NCBI GenBank assembly: GCA_963704725.1
Contig: OY969934.1
Location: forward strand, 2,145,040-2,209,039
Length of the DNA stretch: 64,000 nucleotides
Direction of reading: 5' to 3'
DNA from: an uncultured Actinomycetes bacterium
GTDB taxonomy: Bacteria; Actinomycetota; UBA4738; HRBIN12
Every line of letters begins with the position of its first letter. The stretch's first letter is position 1. The position numbers and the translations under genes are program-made. The notes beneath the pieces are model-generated. The model did no database searches, was not told the origin of the DNA, and was given only the letters and a program-made list of their open reading frames with translations. Of the stretch, positions 27,816 through 35,683 are shown piece by piece.

Positions 27816-29083
27816 CGTCCGCCCCCGCCGGCGGCCCCCATCCCCGGGCTCACCCTCCGACCGTCGACGTGGGCGGGATCGACGATCACGTGCGATAGGA
27901 CGAGCTCGGACGCCCCGATGAGCCCGGCATCGGGGCCGAGACCGCTGCACACGATCGTCGCCATCTCGCCGGGAGCGTCGAGGGTCCGCCGCCGGGCTCC
28001 GTCCAGCACGGAGGGCTCGAGGAACAGGAACAGGCGCTGATAGAGCCCTCCCAGCACGACGAGATCGGGGTTGAAGAGGTTGATGAGGTTGCCGATGCCG
28101 AGTCCGAGCCACCGGCCCACCTCGGCGATCGCTCGCAGGACGGACTCGTCTCCGGCGCCGGCCCGCTCCGCCACCTCGTCGAGACGCCCGAACCCCTCAC
28201 GCACCCCGACCCGACGCAGCAGCGCGGCCTCCCCGGCCTCCGTCTCCCAGCAGCCGACCGACCCGCATCGACACTCCCGTCCGCCGGGATTGATGAGGAC
28301 GTGCCCGGCCTCTCCGGCGTACCCGGCCGATCCGAGCAGGGGCTTGCCGTCCACGATCACACCGGCGCCGATCCCGACCTCACCCGAGATGTACACGAGG
28401 TTGCCCACGGCGGGTCGGACGCGGCGGTGCTCGGCGAGGGCACCGAGATCTGCCTCGTTGGCGGCGAGGACGGGGACCCCGAGGTCGAGCTCGTCGGCGA
28501 GCATCGAGGCGAGCGGGATGTCGCGCCACCCCAGGTTCGGCGCGATGTGCACGAAGCCGTCGGACCTCCGCGTGACGCCCGCGACCGCGGCGCCGACGCC
28601 GACGAGCACGTGGGTCGCCGGGAGCGAGCCCAGGAGGGGGCCCGCCAGCTTGCCGATGTCCTGCACGGACTCCTCGGGAGAGAAGCGGTGCCGGGGCCTG
28701 GCCACTCGGATCCGGTTGTACACGTGACCGCCGAGCCCCACCGTCGCCACCGCGATCGAATCCACCTCGACCTCGACGGCCAGGGCCACCGCCCCATCCG
28801 GCCTCGTCTGCACCATCGGCGAGGGCCGGCCCGGACCAGAGCCGGGCGACCCCGGACGTTCCTCGACCAGCCCGAGCGCGCCGAGCTCCCCCAGCAGGTC
28901 GGCCACGGTCGAGCGGTTGAGCCCGGTCATCCGGGTGAGCTCGGCGCGCGACAGCGAGCCCGTCAGGTGGAGCGGCTCGAGCACCGCCCCGAGGTTGTGC
29001 CGGCGAACCTCCTCGGCCGCCACGCCCAGTCGAAGGTCGCGGGCCCTGGCCGATTTCGTTGGAACCTCCGCGGAATCCACCAT
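27812..29083 (-). CDS. xylR: ROK family transcriptional regulator (XylR-like repressor)
   Basis: N-terminal HTH (LSRAELTRMTGLNRSTVADLL) plus ROK sugar-kinase-like domain with the CxCGxxGC zinc motif (CRCGSVGCWE). Divergent from xylF. Confidence 0.85.
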   Translation of the reverse strand: MVDSAEVPTKSARARDLRLGVAAEEVRRHNLGAVLEPLHLTGSLSRAELTRMTGLNRSTVADLLGELGALGLVEERPGSPGSGPGRPSPMVQTRPDGAVALAVEVEVDSIAVATVGLGGHVYNRIRVARPRHRFSPEESVQDIGKLAGPLLGSLPATHVLVGVGAAVAGVTRRSDGFVHIAPNLGWRDIPLASMLADELDLGVPVLAANEADLGALAEHRRVRPAVGNLVYISGEVGIGAGVIVDGKPLLGSAGYAGEAGHVLINPGGRECRCGSVGCWETEAGEAALLRRVGVREGFGRLDEVAERAGAGDESVLRAIAEVGRWLGLGIGNLINLFNPDLVVLGGLYQRLFLFLEPSVLDGARRRTLDAPGEMATIVCSGLGPDAGLIGASELVLSHVIVDPAHVDGRRVSPGMGAAGGGGR

Positions 29084-29431
29084 CGCTCCCACCCGATCGG
29101 ATCGGCGAAGGGTCATCGTGCGGAGTCCCTCCCCCGAGGGGTCAGGGTATCCATTGGCTCCGGCGCACGCAAGACGCCCATCAAGCGATCGTGCCCCACC
29201 GGCGAGCAACTCCCGAGGAATTTGTTGCGCTTTCCTACTTTGCGTTGTCGCACGCGGTGTGAGATGCTCCGGCCGGTCTCCGAGCCGACCGATCCACCCA
29301 GCACGTATACGTCGACGGAGAGCTCGAACAGGCGGGGCCGATGGACCGCGGGGCAACCCAGGGCCTCGGTAGCCGCGAGGGGAAAGCGGTGATGCGGCCG
29401 ACGGAGGCCGCCAACCGGAAGGGGGGAGCGA

Positions 29432-30541
29432 ATGGGCAAGCATCGCGTGTGGGCGCTCCTCGCCGTGTTTGCGTTGATCCTCGTCGCCTGTAGCGACGAC
29501 AACGGCGGCGGGGGGACGACCGGCGGAGGGACGACCGGCGGAGGGACGACGAGCACCACCGGCGGCGGTGGCGACCTCGTCGTCGGCGTCTCGTGGAACA
29601 ACTACAACGAAGAGCGCTGGGCCAAGTGGGACGAGCCGGCCATCAAGGAGGCGCTCGCAGCCGGCGGCGCGAGCTACATCTCGACCGACGCCGGATCCTC
29701 CGCCGAGCAACAGCTCGCGGACGTCGAGAACCTGATCTCGCAGGGCGCCAACGCGCTGATCATCCTGGCCCAGGACGGTGAGGCCATCAAGCCGGCCGTC
29801 CAGAGCGCGCTCGAGCAGGGCATCCCGGTGGTCGCGTACGACCGCCTCATCGAGGACCCGGGAGCCCTGTACGTCACGTTCGACAACGTCGAGGTCGGGC
29901 GCCTGCAGGCGCAGGCCGTCCTCGAGCAGGTCCCGCAGGGCAACTACGTGTACATCAAGGGCAACTCCGCGGACGCGAACGCGGACTTCCTCCGCAGTGG
30001 CCAGCAGGAGGTTCTGCAGGCCGCGGAGGACGCGGGTGACATCGTGAACGTCGGCGAGACTTACACCGACAACTGGGACCCCGCACTCGCGCAGACCGAG
30101 ATGGAGCAGTTCCTGACGGACAACAACAACGACGTGCAGGCGGTCGTCGCCGAGAACGACGGCATGGCCGGCGGCGTCGTCGCCGCGCTCGAGGCCCAGG
30201 GCCTGGCGGGCCAGGTGGCCGTGTCGGGACAGGACGGCGACCTCGCCGCCCTCAACCGGGTGGCTCTCGGCACCCAGACCGTGGACGTGTGGAAGGACGC
30301 CCGCGAGCTCGGAAAGGCCGCCGGAGAGGCCGCGGTGCAGCTCGCGCAGGGCACGGCACTGGCGGACGTCGCCGGCGTCGTGCAGTTCGACTCCCCAGGC
30401 GGGAACTCGATGACGTCGATCCTCCTGACGCCGATCGCGATCACGCCGGACAACCTGAACGTCGTCGTCGACGCGGGTTGGATCTCCACGGACGAGCTGT
30501 GCCAGGGCGTCGAGGCCGGCACGGTGGACGTCTGCAGCTGA
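29432..30541 (+). CDS. xylF: D-xylose ABC transporter substrate-binding lipoprotein
   Basis: Signal peptide with lipobox (LVAC), Gly/Thr-rich linker, periplasmic-binding-protein type I fold similar to XylF. Confidence 0.85.
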   Translation: MGKHRVWALLAVFALILVACSDDNGGGGTTGGGTTGGGTTSTTGGGGDLVVGVSWNNYNEERWAKWDEPAIKEALAAGGASYISTDAGSSAEQQLADVENLISQGANALIILAQDGEAIKPAVQSALEQGIPVVAYDRLIEDPGALYVTFDNVEVGRLQAQAVLEQVPQGNYVYIKGNSADANADFLRSGQQEVLQAAEDAGDIVNVGETYTDNWDPALAQTEMEQFLTDNNNDVQAVVAENDGMAGGVVAALEAQGLAGQVAVSGQDGDLAALNRVALGTQTVDVWKDARELGKAAGEAAVQLAQGTALADVAGVVQFDSPGGNSMTSILLTPIAITPDNLNVVVDAGWISTDELCQGVEAGTVDVCS

Positions 30542-30603
30542 TCGATCGGGCCGGGAACGGCTCGTGACCGGAGGCCCGCGCCTCGCCGAGGGGCGAGGCG
30601 CGG

Positions 30604-31953
30604 GTGCCGGTCGTCGGCGTAGGATGCGAGGTCGTGGCTGACACCAGGGTCTCCACAACGGAGACGGCGCCCGAACCCCCGGCGCCGGAACAGGAAGAGC
30701 GCGAGCCGCGGTCATTCCGCTCGCTCCTTCGCTCCGCAGAGATCGACGCCCGGCTCGCCGGGATGCTGGTGGCGCTCGTCGTCATCTGGGTCCTCTTCCA
30801 GATCCTCACCCCCAAGCACAACTTCATCACCCCGAGGAACCTGTGGAACCTGTCGGTGCAGACCTCCGTGGTGGCGATCATGGCGACGGGGATGGTCCTG
30901 ATCATCGTCACCCGGAACATCGATCTGTCGGTCGGGTCGGCGATGGCGGCCGCGGGCATGGCGATGGCCGTCGTGCAACATGATTGGCTCCCCGAATGGC
31001 TCGGGTTCGACCACCCGCTGACGTGGATCATCGCCGTGGCCGTCGGCCTCGCGCTCGGAGCGGCGATGGGCGCCTTCCAGGGATCCATCGTCGCCTACCT
31101 CGGCGTCCCCTCGTTCATCGTGACGCTGGGCGGATTCCTCGTGTGGCGAGGCCTCGCCTGGTGGATGGCGAGCGGGCAGACGATCGCGCCGATGGACACG
31201 AACTTCCGCCGGCTCGGCGGAGGGTCCACGGGAACGATCGGCGGCACGTGGAGCTGGGTCGTCGGGGTCGTGGCATGTATCGGCCTCGTCGCCCTGCAGA
31301 TGACGAAGCGGCGCCAGCGGGCCCGGTACGGCTTCCGCCTCCGCCCGCTGTGGGCGGAGGTGACGATCGGGGTGGTCGGAAGCGCGGCGATCCTCGGCCT
31401 GATCGCGTTCACGAACCGCTACTACCTGCCGCCCCTCCTCGTCCAGGCGCGAGGGGCCGCCCCGGGCTCGAATATCTCCTACGGCCTGGCCATCCCGGTC
31501 CTCATCGCGCTGGGTGTGGCGGTCGTGATGACCTTCCTCGCGACCCGCCGGCGGTTCGGCCGCTACGTCTACGCGATCGGCGGCAATCCCGAGGCTGCCG
31601 AGCTCGCCGGCATCAAGACCAAGCGGACGATCGTCAAGACCTTCACGTTGATGGGACTCCTCGTCGGGGTGGCGGCGGTCGTGCAGGTCGCGCGTCTGAA
31701 CGCGGCGGTGAGCAGTCTCGGGACGGGGATGGAGCTGAATGTCATCGCCGCCGCCGTGATCGGAGGGACCTCGTTCGCTGGAGGCATCGGGACGATCACG
31801 GGAGCCGTGCTCGGGGCCCTCGTCATGCAGTCGCTCGTGTCGGGCATGGTCCTCATCGGGATCGAGGCGCCGCTGCAGGACATCGTCGTCGGCATCGTGC
31901 TCGTCGCGGCGGTGACCCTGGACACCCTCATCAGACGGCGGGGGGCCAAGTGA
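30604..31953 (+). CDS. xylH: Xylose ABC transporter permease (CUT2 family)
   Basis: Multi-TM BPD-transport permease of the CUT2 (XylH/RbsC) type. Start uncertain (GTG at 30604 or 30634). Confidence 0.8.
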   Translation: MPVVGVGCEVVADTRVSTTETAPEPPAPEQEEREPRSFRSLLRSAEIDARLAGMLVALVVIWVLFQILTPKHNFITPRNLWNLSVQTSVVAIMATGMVLIIVTRNIDLSVGSAMAAAGMAMAVVQHDWLPEWLGFDHPLTWIIAVAVGLALGAAMGAFQGSIVAYLGVPSFIVTLGGFLVWRGLAWWMASGQTIAPMDTNFRRLGGGSTGTIGGTWSWVVGVVACIGLVALQMTKRRQRARYGFRLRPLWAEVTIGVVGSAAILGLIAFTNRYYLPPLLVQARGAAPGSNISYGLAIPVLIALGVAVVMTFLATRRRFGRYVYAIGGNPEAAELAGIKTKRTIVKTFTLMGLLVGVAAVVQVARLNAAVSSLGTGMELNVIAAAVIGGTSFAGGIGTITGAVLGALVMQSLVSGMVLIGIEAPLQDIVVGIVLVAAVTLDTLIRRRGAK

Positions 31954-32735
31954 CGGAGCGGAGCGGTCCGCCGCTCGTCGAGCTCCGGGACATCCGCGTC
32001 GCGTTCGGTGGCGTGCACGCGGTCGAAGACGTCACGGTGGACCTGGACCCGGGCGAGGTCGTCGGCTTGGTCGGGGGAAACGGGGCCGGCAAGACCACGT
32101 TGATCCGGACGCTGTCCGGGGCGCACCGGGCGGACTCCGGCCAGATCCTCCTGAACGGTGAGCCGGTCGAGATCTCCACCCCGAGGGACGCGAAGACCCT
32201 CGGGATCGAGACGATCTACCAGACGCTTGCGTTGGCGGACAACGTCGACGCGCCCAGCAACGTGTTCCTGGGACGCGAGGTGACCACGCGGTTCGGGAAC
32301 CTCGACCACAGCGCGATGGAGGACGCCACCCGCAAGCTGATGAACCGGCTGAACCCGAAGTTCAAGAACTTCGTCACGCCGGTGCAGTCGCTCTCCGGCG
32401 GTCAGCGCCAGTCCGTCGCCATCGCGCGGGCCGTCCACTTCAACGCGCGCGTCCTCATCATGGACGAGCCCACGGCGGCGCTCGGCCCGGCCGAGACGAG
32501 CCAGGTCCGCGGGCTGATCCGCCAGCTGAAGTCGGAGGGCATCGGGATCTTCCTGATCAGCCACGACATCCACGACGTCTTCGACCTGTCGGACCGGATC
32601 AGCGTCATGCTCCAGGGCAAGCTCGTCGGCACGGTGAACAAGGACGACGTCACCGTGGACGAGGTGCTGGCCATGATCATCCTGGGCAAGAAGCCCGGGG
32701 AGGTCACGCAGAAGGACCTCGCCGAGCTGCACTGA
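31950..32735 (+). CDS. xylG: Sugar ABC transporter ATP-binding protein, single ABC domain
   Basis: 261 aa. Walker [10 protein letters not shown], signature LSGGQRQ, Walker B LIMDEPT. GTG overlaps the xylH stop as GTGA. Confidence 0.8.
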   Translation: MTERSGPPLVELRDIRVAFGGVHAVEDVTVDLDPGEVVGLVGGNGAGKTTLIRTLSGAHRADSGQILLNGEPVEISTPRDAKTLGIETIYQTLALADNVDAPSNVFLGREVTTRFGNLDHSAMEDATRKLMNRLNPKFKNFVTPVQSLSGGQRQSVAIARAVHFNARVLIMDEPTAALGPAETSQVRGLIRQLKSEGIGIFLISHDIHDVFDLSDRISVMLQGKLVGTVNKDDVTVDEVLAMIILGKKPGEVTQKDLAELH

Positions 32736-32744
32736 ACGCCGAGC

Positions 32745-34445
32745 TCAGCTCAGCGGTCGAACCGCCACGATGAGCCACCGGCCGCCGGTCGGCCGGCTCA
32801 CCACGAAGGTGAGCGCGAACGGCCTCGTCTCCCGGCTGGACTCGGTGCCGTCGACGCCGTAGACGACCCCCTCCACGGTTCCGCGCGCCTCGAGTCCCAG
32901 GCTCAGCCCGCTCTGGCCTCGGGGCGGTGGCACGAGGGGCGCCAGCCGGAGGGAATCGAAGCGGTAGTGCGGCACGGTGGTCCGCCCCGTCGACAGGGCC
33001 GCGTCGATCCGGCGCTGCATCTCTTCGAGCCGGGCACCGTCGTCGACGGCCGGCAAGAGGCTCGCGTCCGCGCCGCGGAGCGCCTCGGCCTCGACCTCGA
33101 GGTTCTCGGCGAGGGTGACGGCGAGGTCCTGCGCGCCCCCGCCCGGCAGACCCGCGCTGAGCTCGGCGACGTCCGGGTCGACGCTCACCACCGGAAGCGT
33201 GGACGGGTCGATCTCGGCGCTGATAGCGGGCGACGCCTCCGCGCGAGCCTGCGGGATCGTCCCCCGGCCCGGCGTCCCGGCCGCGACGATCCCCGCCCCC
33301 AGGAACACGACCGAGGCGCCGACGATCGCCCCTCGGCCGAGGGCCCGGGGCGGCGCGAGGCCCGCCCCGGGCCTCGTGGCCAGCCGGGCCAGCGCGGCGC
33401 GGAGTCGATCCCGGTCCGAGCCCGCGGCGGGCAGGAAGCGCTCGAGCGGCAGGCGAGCGGCGCACAGGAGCACGAGGCTGCCGAGGAGCGCGACCTTGGC
33501 TCCGAACTCCGTCGTCTGCGGCGCGATCAGCAGGACGCTGACCACCGCGACGGCTGCGCCGAAACCCATCCGTCCCACCCGGCCGGCCGGCACGGTCTTC
33601 GGGTCGGTGATCATGAAGAACAGGAAGACCAGGATCTCCGGCGACGTGGCGATGACCCACCAGAAGTGCGAGCCGCACACGGGCGCGGACGACCAACGAG
33701 CGATCATGCAGTGCCCCGAGGCGGCCAGCACCCCGAGCCCGGCGACGAGGGTGATCCAGAAGGCCACCGACATCGCCAGCAGGTGCAGCCGGGCCGTGAT
33801 GAGCAGGCCGCCCACGAGGATGATCGCGTAGGCGACGGCCATCCACCCGTCGAGCGGGGTCCACCAGAAGTCGAGGGGCTCCACCCGCGAGCTGCCGAGC
33901 AGCAGGAACGCCACCACCAGACCGAGGTTCGACGGGTTGAACACGTGTGAGCCGCGGTACGTGATCACGTACTTCGTGACGAGCGAGAGCCCAGCCACGA
34001 GCGCGAACAGATACCACCCGCGCCAGCTCCAGTAGTCGCCGTTCTCCGTGCCGATCACCCGGAAGATCAGGGCGACGCTGCTGCCGGTCAGTATGCCGCT
34101 CGCCGGCCAGACCAGGGCCTTCGACCGGCGGAAGGTCAACGCCACATCGATCACGGCGCACGGCAGAACGGCGGCGAGGATCTGCACGATCGACACCCGG
34201 AACCCGAGGGCGACCTGGCCGAGAACCTGGATCGAGACGACCACCGCCGACAGGTGCAGGCGCGGGTCGCGCAGGGTCGGCAGGACGATCGGGTACCGGC
34301 GGTCGCCCACGCGCAGCACGCGCCGGGGCGAGGTGTTCGAGGCCCGCTCGGTCGGACGATCCGATGACGGCGCGTCGGCTCCCAGCCGCTCCGCATCGCG
34401 CGGACCGTCGTCCGCCGGGTTCGACGAGGTAGGCTGCTTCAGCAT
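32745..34445 (-). CDS. Hypothetical polytopic membrane protein (about 566 aa) with C-terminal extracytoplasmic domain
   Basis: About 9-10 predicted TM helices in the first 330 aa, then a roughly 230 aa soluble domain. No family recognised. Start uncertain (34445 or a later GTG); coordinates follow the ORF track. Confidence 0.6.
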   Translation of the reverse strand: MLKQPTSSNPADDGPRDAERLGADAPSSDRPTERASNTSPRRVLRVGDRRYPIVLPTLRDPRLHLSAVVVSIQVLGQVALGFRVSIVQILAAVLPCAVIDVALTFRRSKALVWPASGILTGSSVALIFRVIGTENGDYWSWRGWYLFALVAGLSLVTKYVITYRGSHVFNPSNLGLVVAFLLLGSSRVEPLDFWWTPLDGWMAVAYAIILVGGLLITARLHLLAMSVAFWITLVAGLGVLAASGHCMIARWSSAPVCGSHFWWVIATSPEILVFLFFMITDPKTVPAGRVGRMGFGAAVAVVSVLLIAPQTTEFGAKVALLGSLVLLCAARLPLERFLPAAGSDRDRLRAALARLATRPGAGLAPPRALGRGAIVGASVVFLGAGIVAAGTPGRGTIPQARAEASPAISAEIDPSTLPVVSVDPDVAELSAGLPGGGAQDLAVTLAENLEVEAEALRGADASLLPAVDDGARLEEMQRRIDAALSTGRTTVPHYRFDSLRLAPLVPPPRGQSGLSLGLEARGTVEGVVYGVDGTESSRETRPFALTFVVSRPTGGRWLIVAVRPLS

Positions 34446-34446
34446 C

Positions 34447-34546
34447 GTCCTCACGTTGGGACGGGTGGAGGGCCATCGTAGCCGACCGCCCGAGAACCCT
34501 CCGGTACAATGCGCACCCCTCCCTCCCACGACGCTGAGGAGGCTCT
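34447..34546 (+). ncRNA. Possible SAM-I/SAM-IV-type riboswitch in the 5' leader of the metE-like gene
   Basis: The leader contains GGGUGGAGGGCC and AACCCUCC elements resembling the conserved SAM-I/IV core. Alignment is by eye only, with no covariance-model search. Confidence 0.3.
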
Positions 34547-35611
34547 ATGCCGATCCCCACCGAACCGATCGGAAGCATCCCCCGGCCCCAGTCGCTGATC
34601 GACGGCATGGGCGCGTTCGCGGCGGGAACGATCTCGCTGCCGGAGCTCCGCCGGCTCCAGGACGAGAGCCTCCGGGACACGATCGAGCGGTTCGAGGCGA
34701 CCGGGTCGCCCGTCATCTCCGACGGGGAACAGACCAAGTCGAGCTTCGTCACCTATCCGCTCGAGGGTCTGGACGATCTCGTGCCCGACGGCGCGGTGAT
34801 CCCGTTCGAGGACGGACACACGCGCCAGCTCCCCAGGCTCACGGCGGGGCCGTTCCGGTTCGGCCGGTACGCGGACGACTACCTGGACGCCGCCAAGGGC
34901 TACGCGCACGTGCCGGTCAAGCAGGCCGTGATCGCGGCATCGGCCATCAGCTTGCTGTACCCGCAGGACGGGATCGATGGATACCCTCGCGATCGATTCC
35001 TGGACGATCTCGTCTCCGAGTGCGAGACCGACATCCGCCGCTCGCTCCAGCGGGGCGCGCATTGCGTGCAGATCGACTTCACCGAGGGCCGACTGTCGAT
35101 CAAGCTGGACCCCTCCGGTCACCTGCTGCGCGACTTCATCGCGCTCAACAACCGGGTGCTCGAGCGCTTCTCCGAGCAGGACCGCGCCCGGATCGGCGTC
35201 CACACCTGCCCCGGCGGCGATCGCGACTCCACGCACAGCGCCGACGTCCGGTACGAGGAGCTCCTGCCCGACCTGTTCCGGCTGAACGTCGGCAACGTGT
35301 ACGTCGAGCTCGCCGCCGAGCAGGATCGGGGGCACGTGCTCGAGGTGATCGCCGAGCACCTGCGGCCCGAGCAGCGCATCTTCGTCGGGGTGATCGATCC
35401 GATCGACCCGCGCGTGGAATCTGCGGAAGAGGTGCGCGACCGGGTGCTCGAGGCCGCCGAGGGGCTCCCCGTGTCGCAGCTCGGCACGACGGACGATTGC
35501 GGATTCTCGCCGTTCGCCGACGACACGTCGACCTCACGGGACGTGGCGTTCGAGAAGATCCGCGCGCGGGTCGAGGGCACCCGGCTGGCCGCGGATCGAC
35601 TCGGCGTCTGA
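34547..35611 (+). CDS. Cobalamin-independent methionine synthase II family protein (MetE C-terminal-domain-like, Zn-dependent methyltransferase)
   Basis: 354 aa. MetE/UroD-like fold; Zn-ligand motifs GVHTCPGG (His/Cys) and DDCGFSP (Cys). Resembles the B. subtilis YxjG/YxjH type. Confidence 0.8.
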   Translation: MPIPTEPIGSIPRPQSLIDGMGAFAAGTISLPELRRLQDESLRDTIERFEATGSPVISDGEQTKSSFVTYPLEGLDDLVPDGAVIPFEDGHTRQLPRLTAGPFRFGRYADDYLDAAKGYAHVPVKQAVIAASAISLLYPQDGIDGYPRDRFLDDLVSECETDIRRSLQRGAHCVQIDFTEGRLSIKLDPSGHLLRDFIALNNRVLERFSEQDRARIGVHTCPGGDRDSTHSADVRYEELLPDLFRLNVGNVYVELAAEQDRGHVLEVIAEHLRPEQRIFVGVIDPIDPRVESAEEVRDRVLEAAEGLPVSQLGTTDDCGFSPFADDTSTSRDVAFEKIRARVEGTRLAADRLGV

Positions 35612-35683
35612 TCGACGGCCGCGTAGCCCGCCTCCAGGGGTTTCGGCGGACTGCTACAGTCCCCGCTCCGTCGAACCCGGAGG

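Noticed and set aside
29113-29601. ORF encoding PPVVPPPVVPPPVV repeat
   Set aside because: Antisense reading of the Gly/Thr-rich linker repeats of xylF; an artefact of the tandem 15-nt repeat.
32704-34752. 682-aa minus-strand ORF in an alternate frame of the membrane-protein gene
   Set aside because: Arg/Pro/Gly-rich with no TM pattern. The overlapping frame at 32745..34445 has coherent TM helices and GC3 bias.
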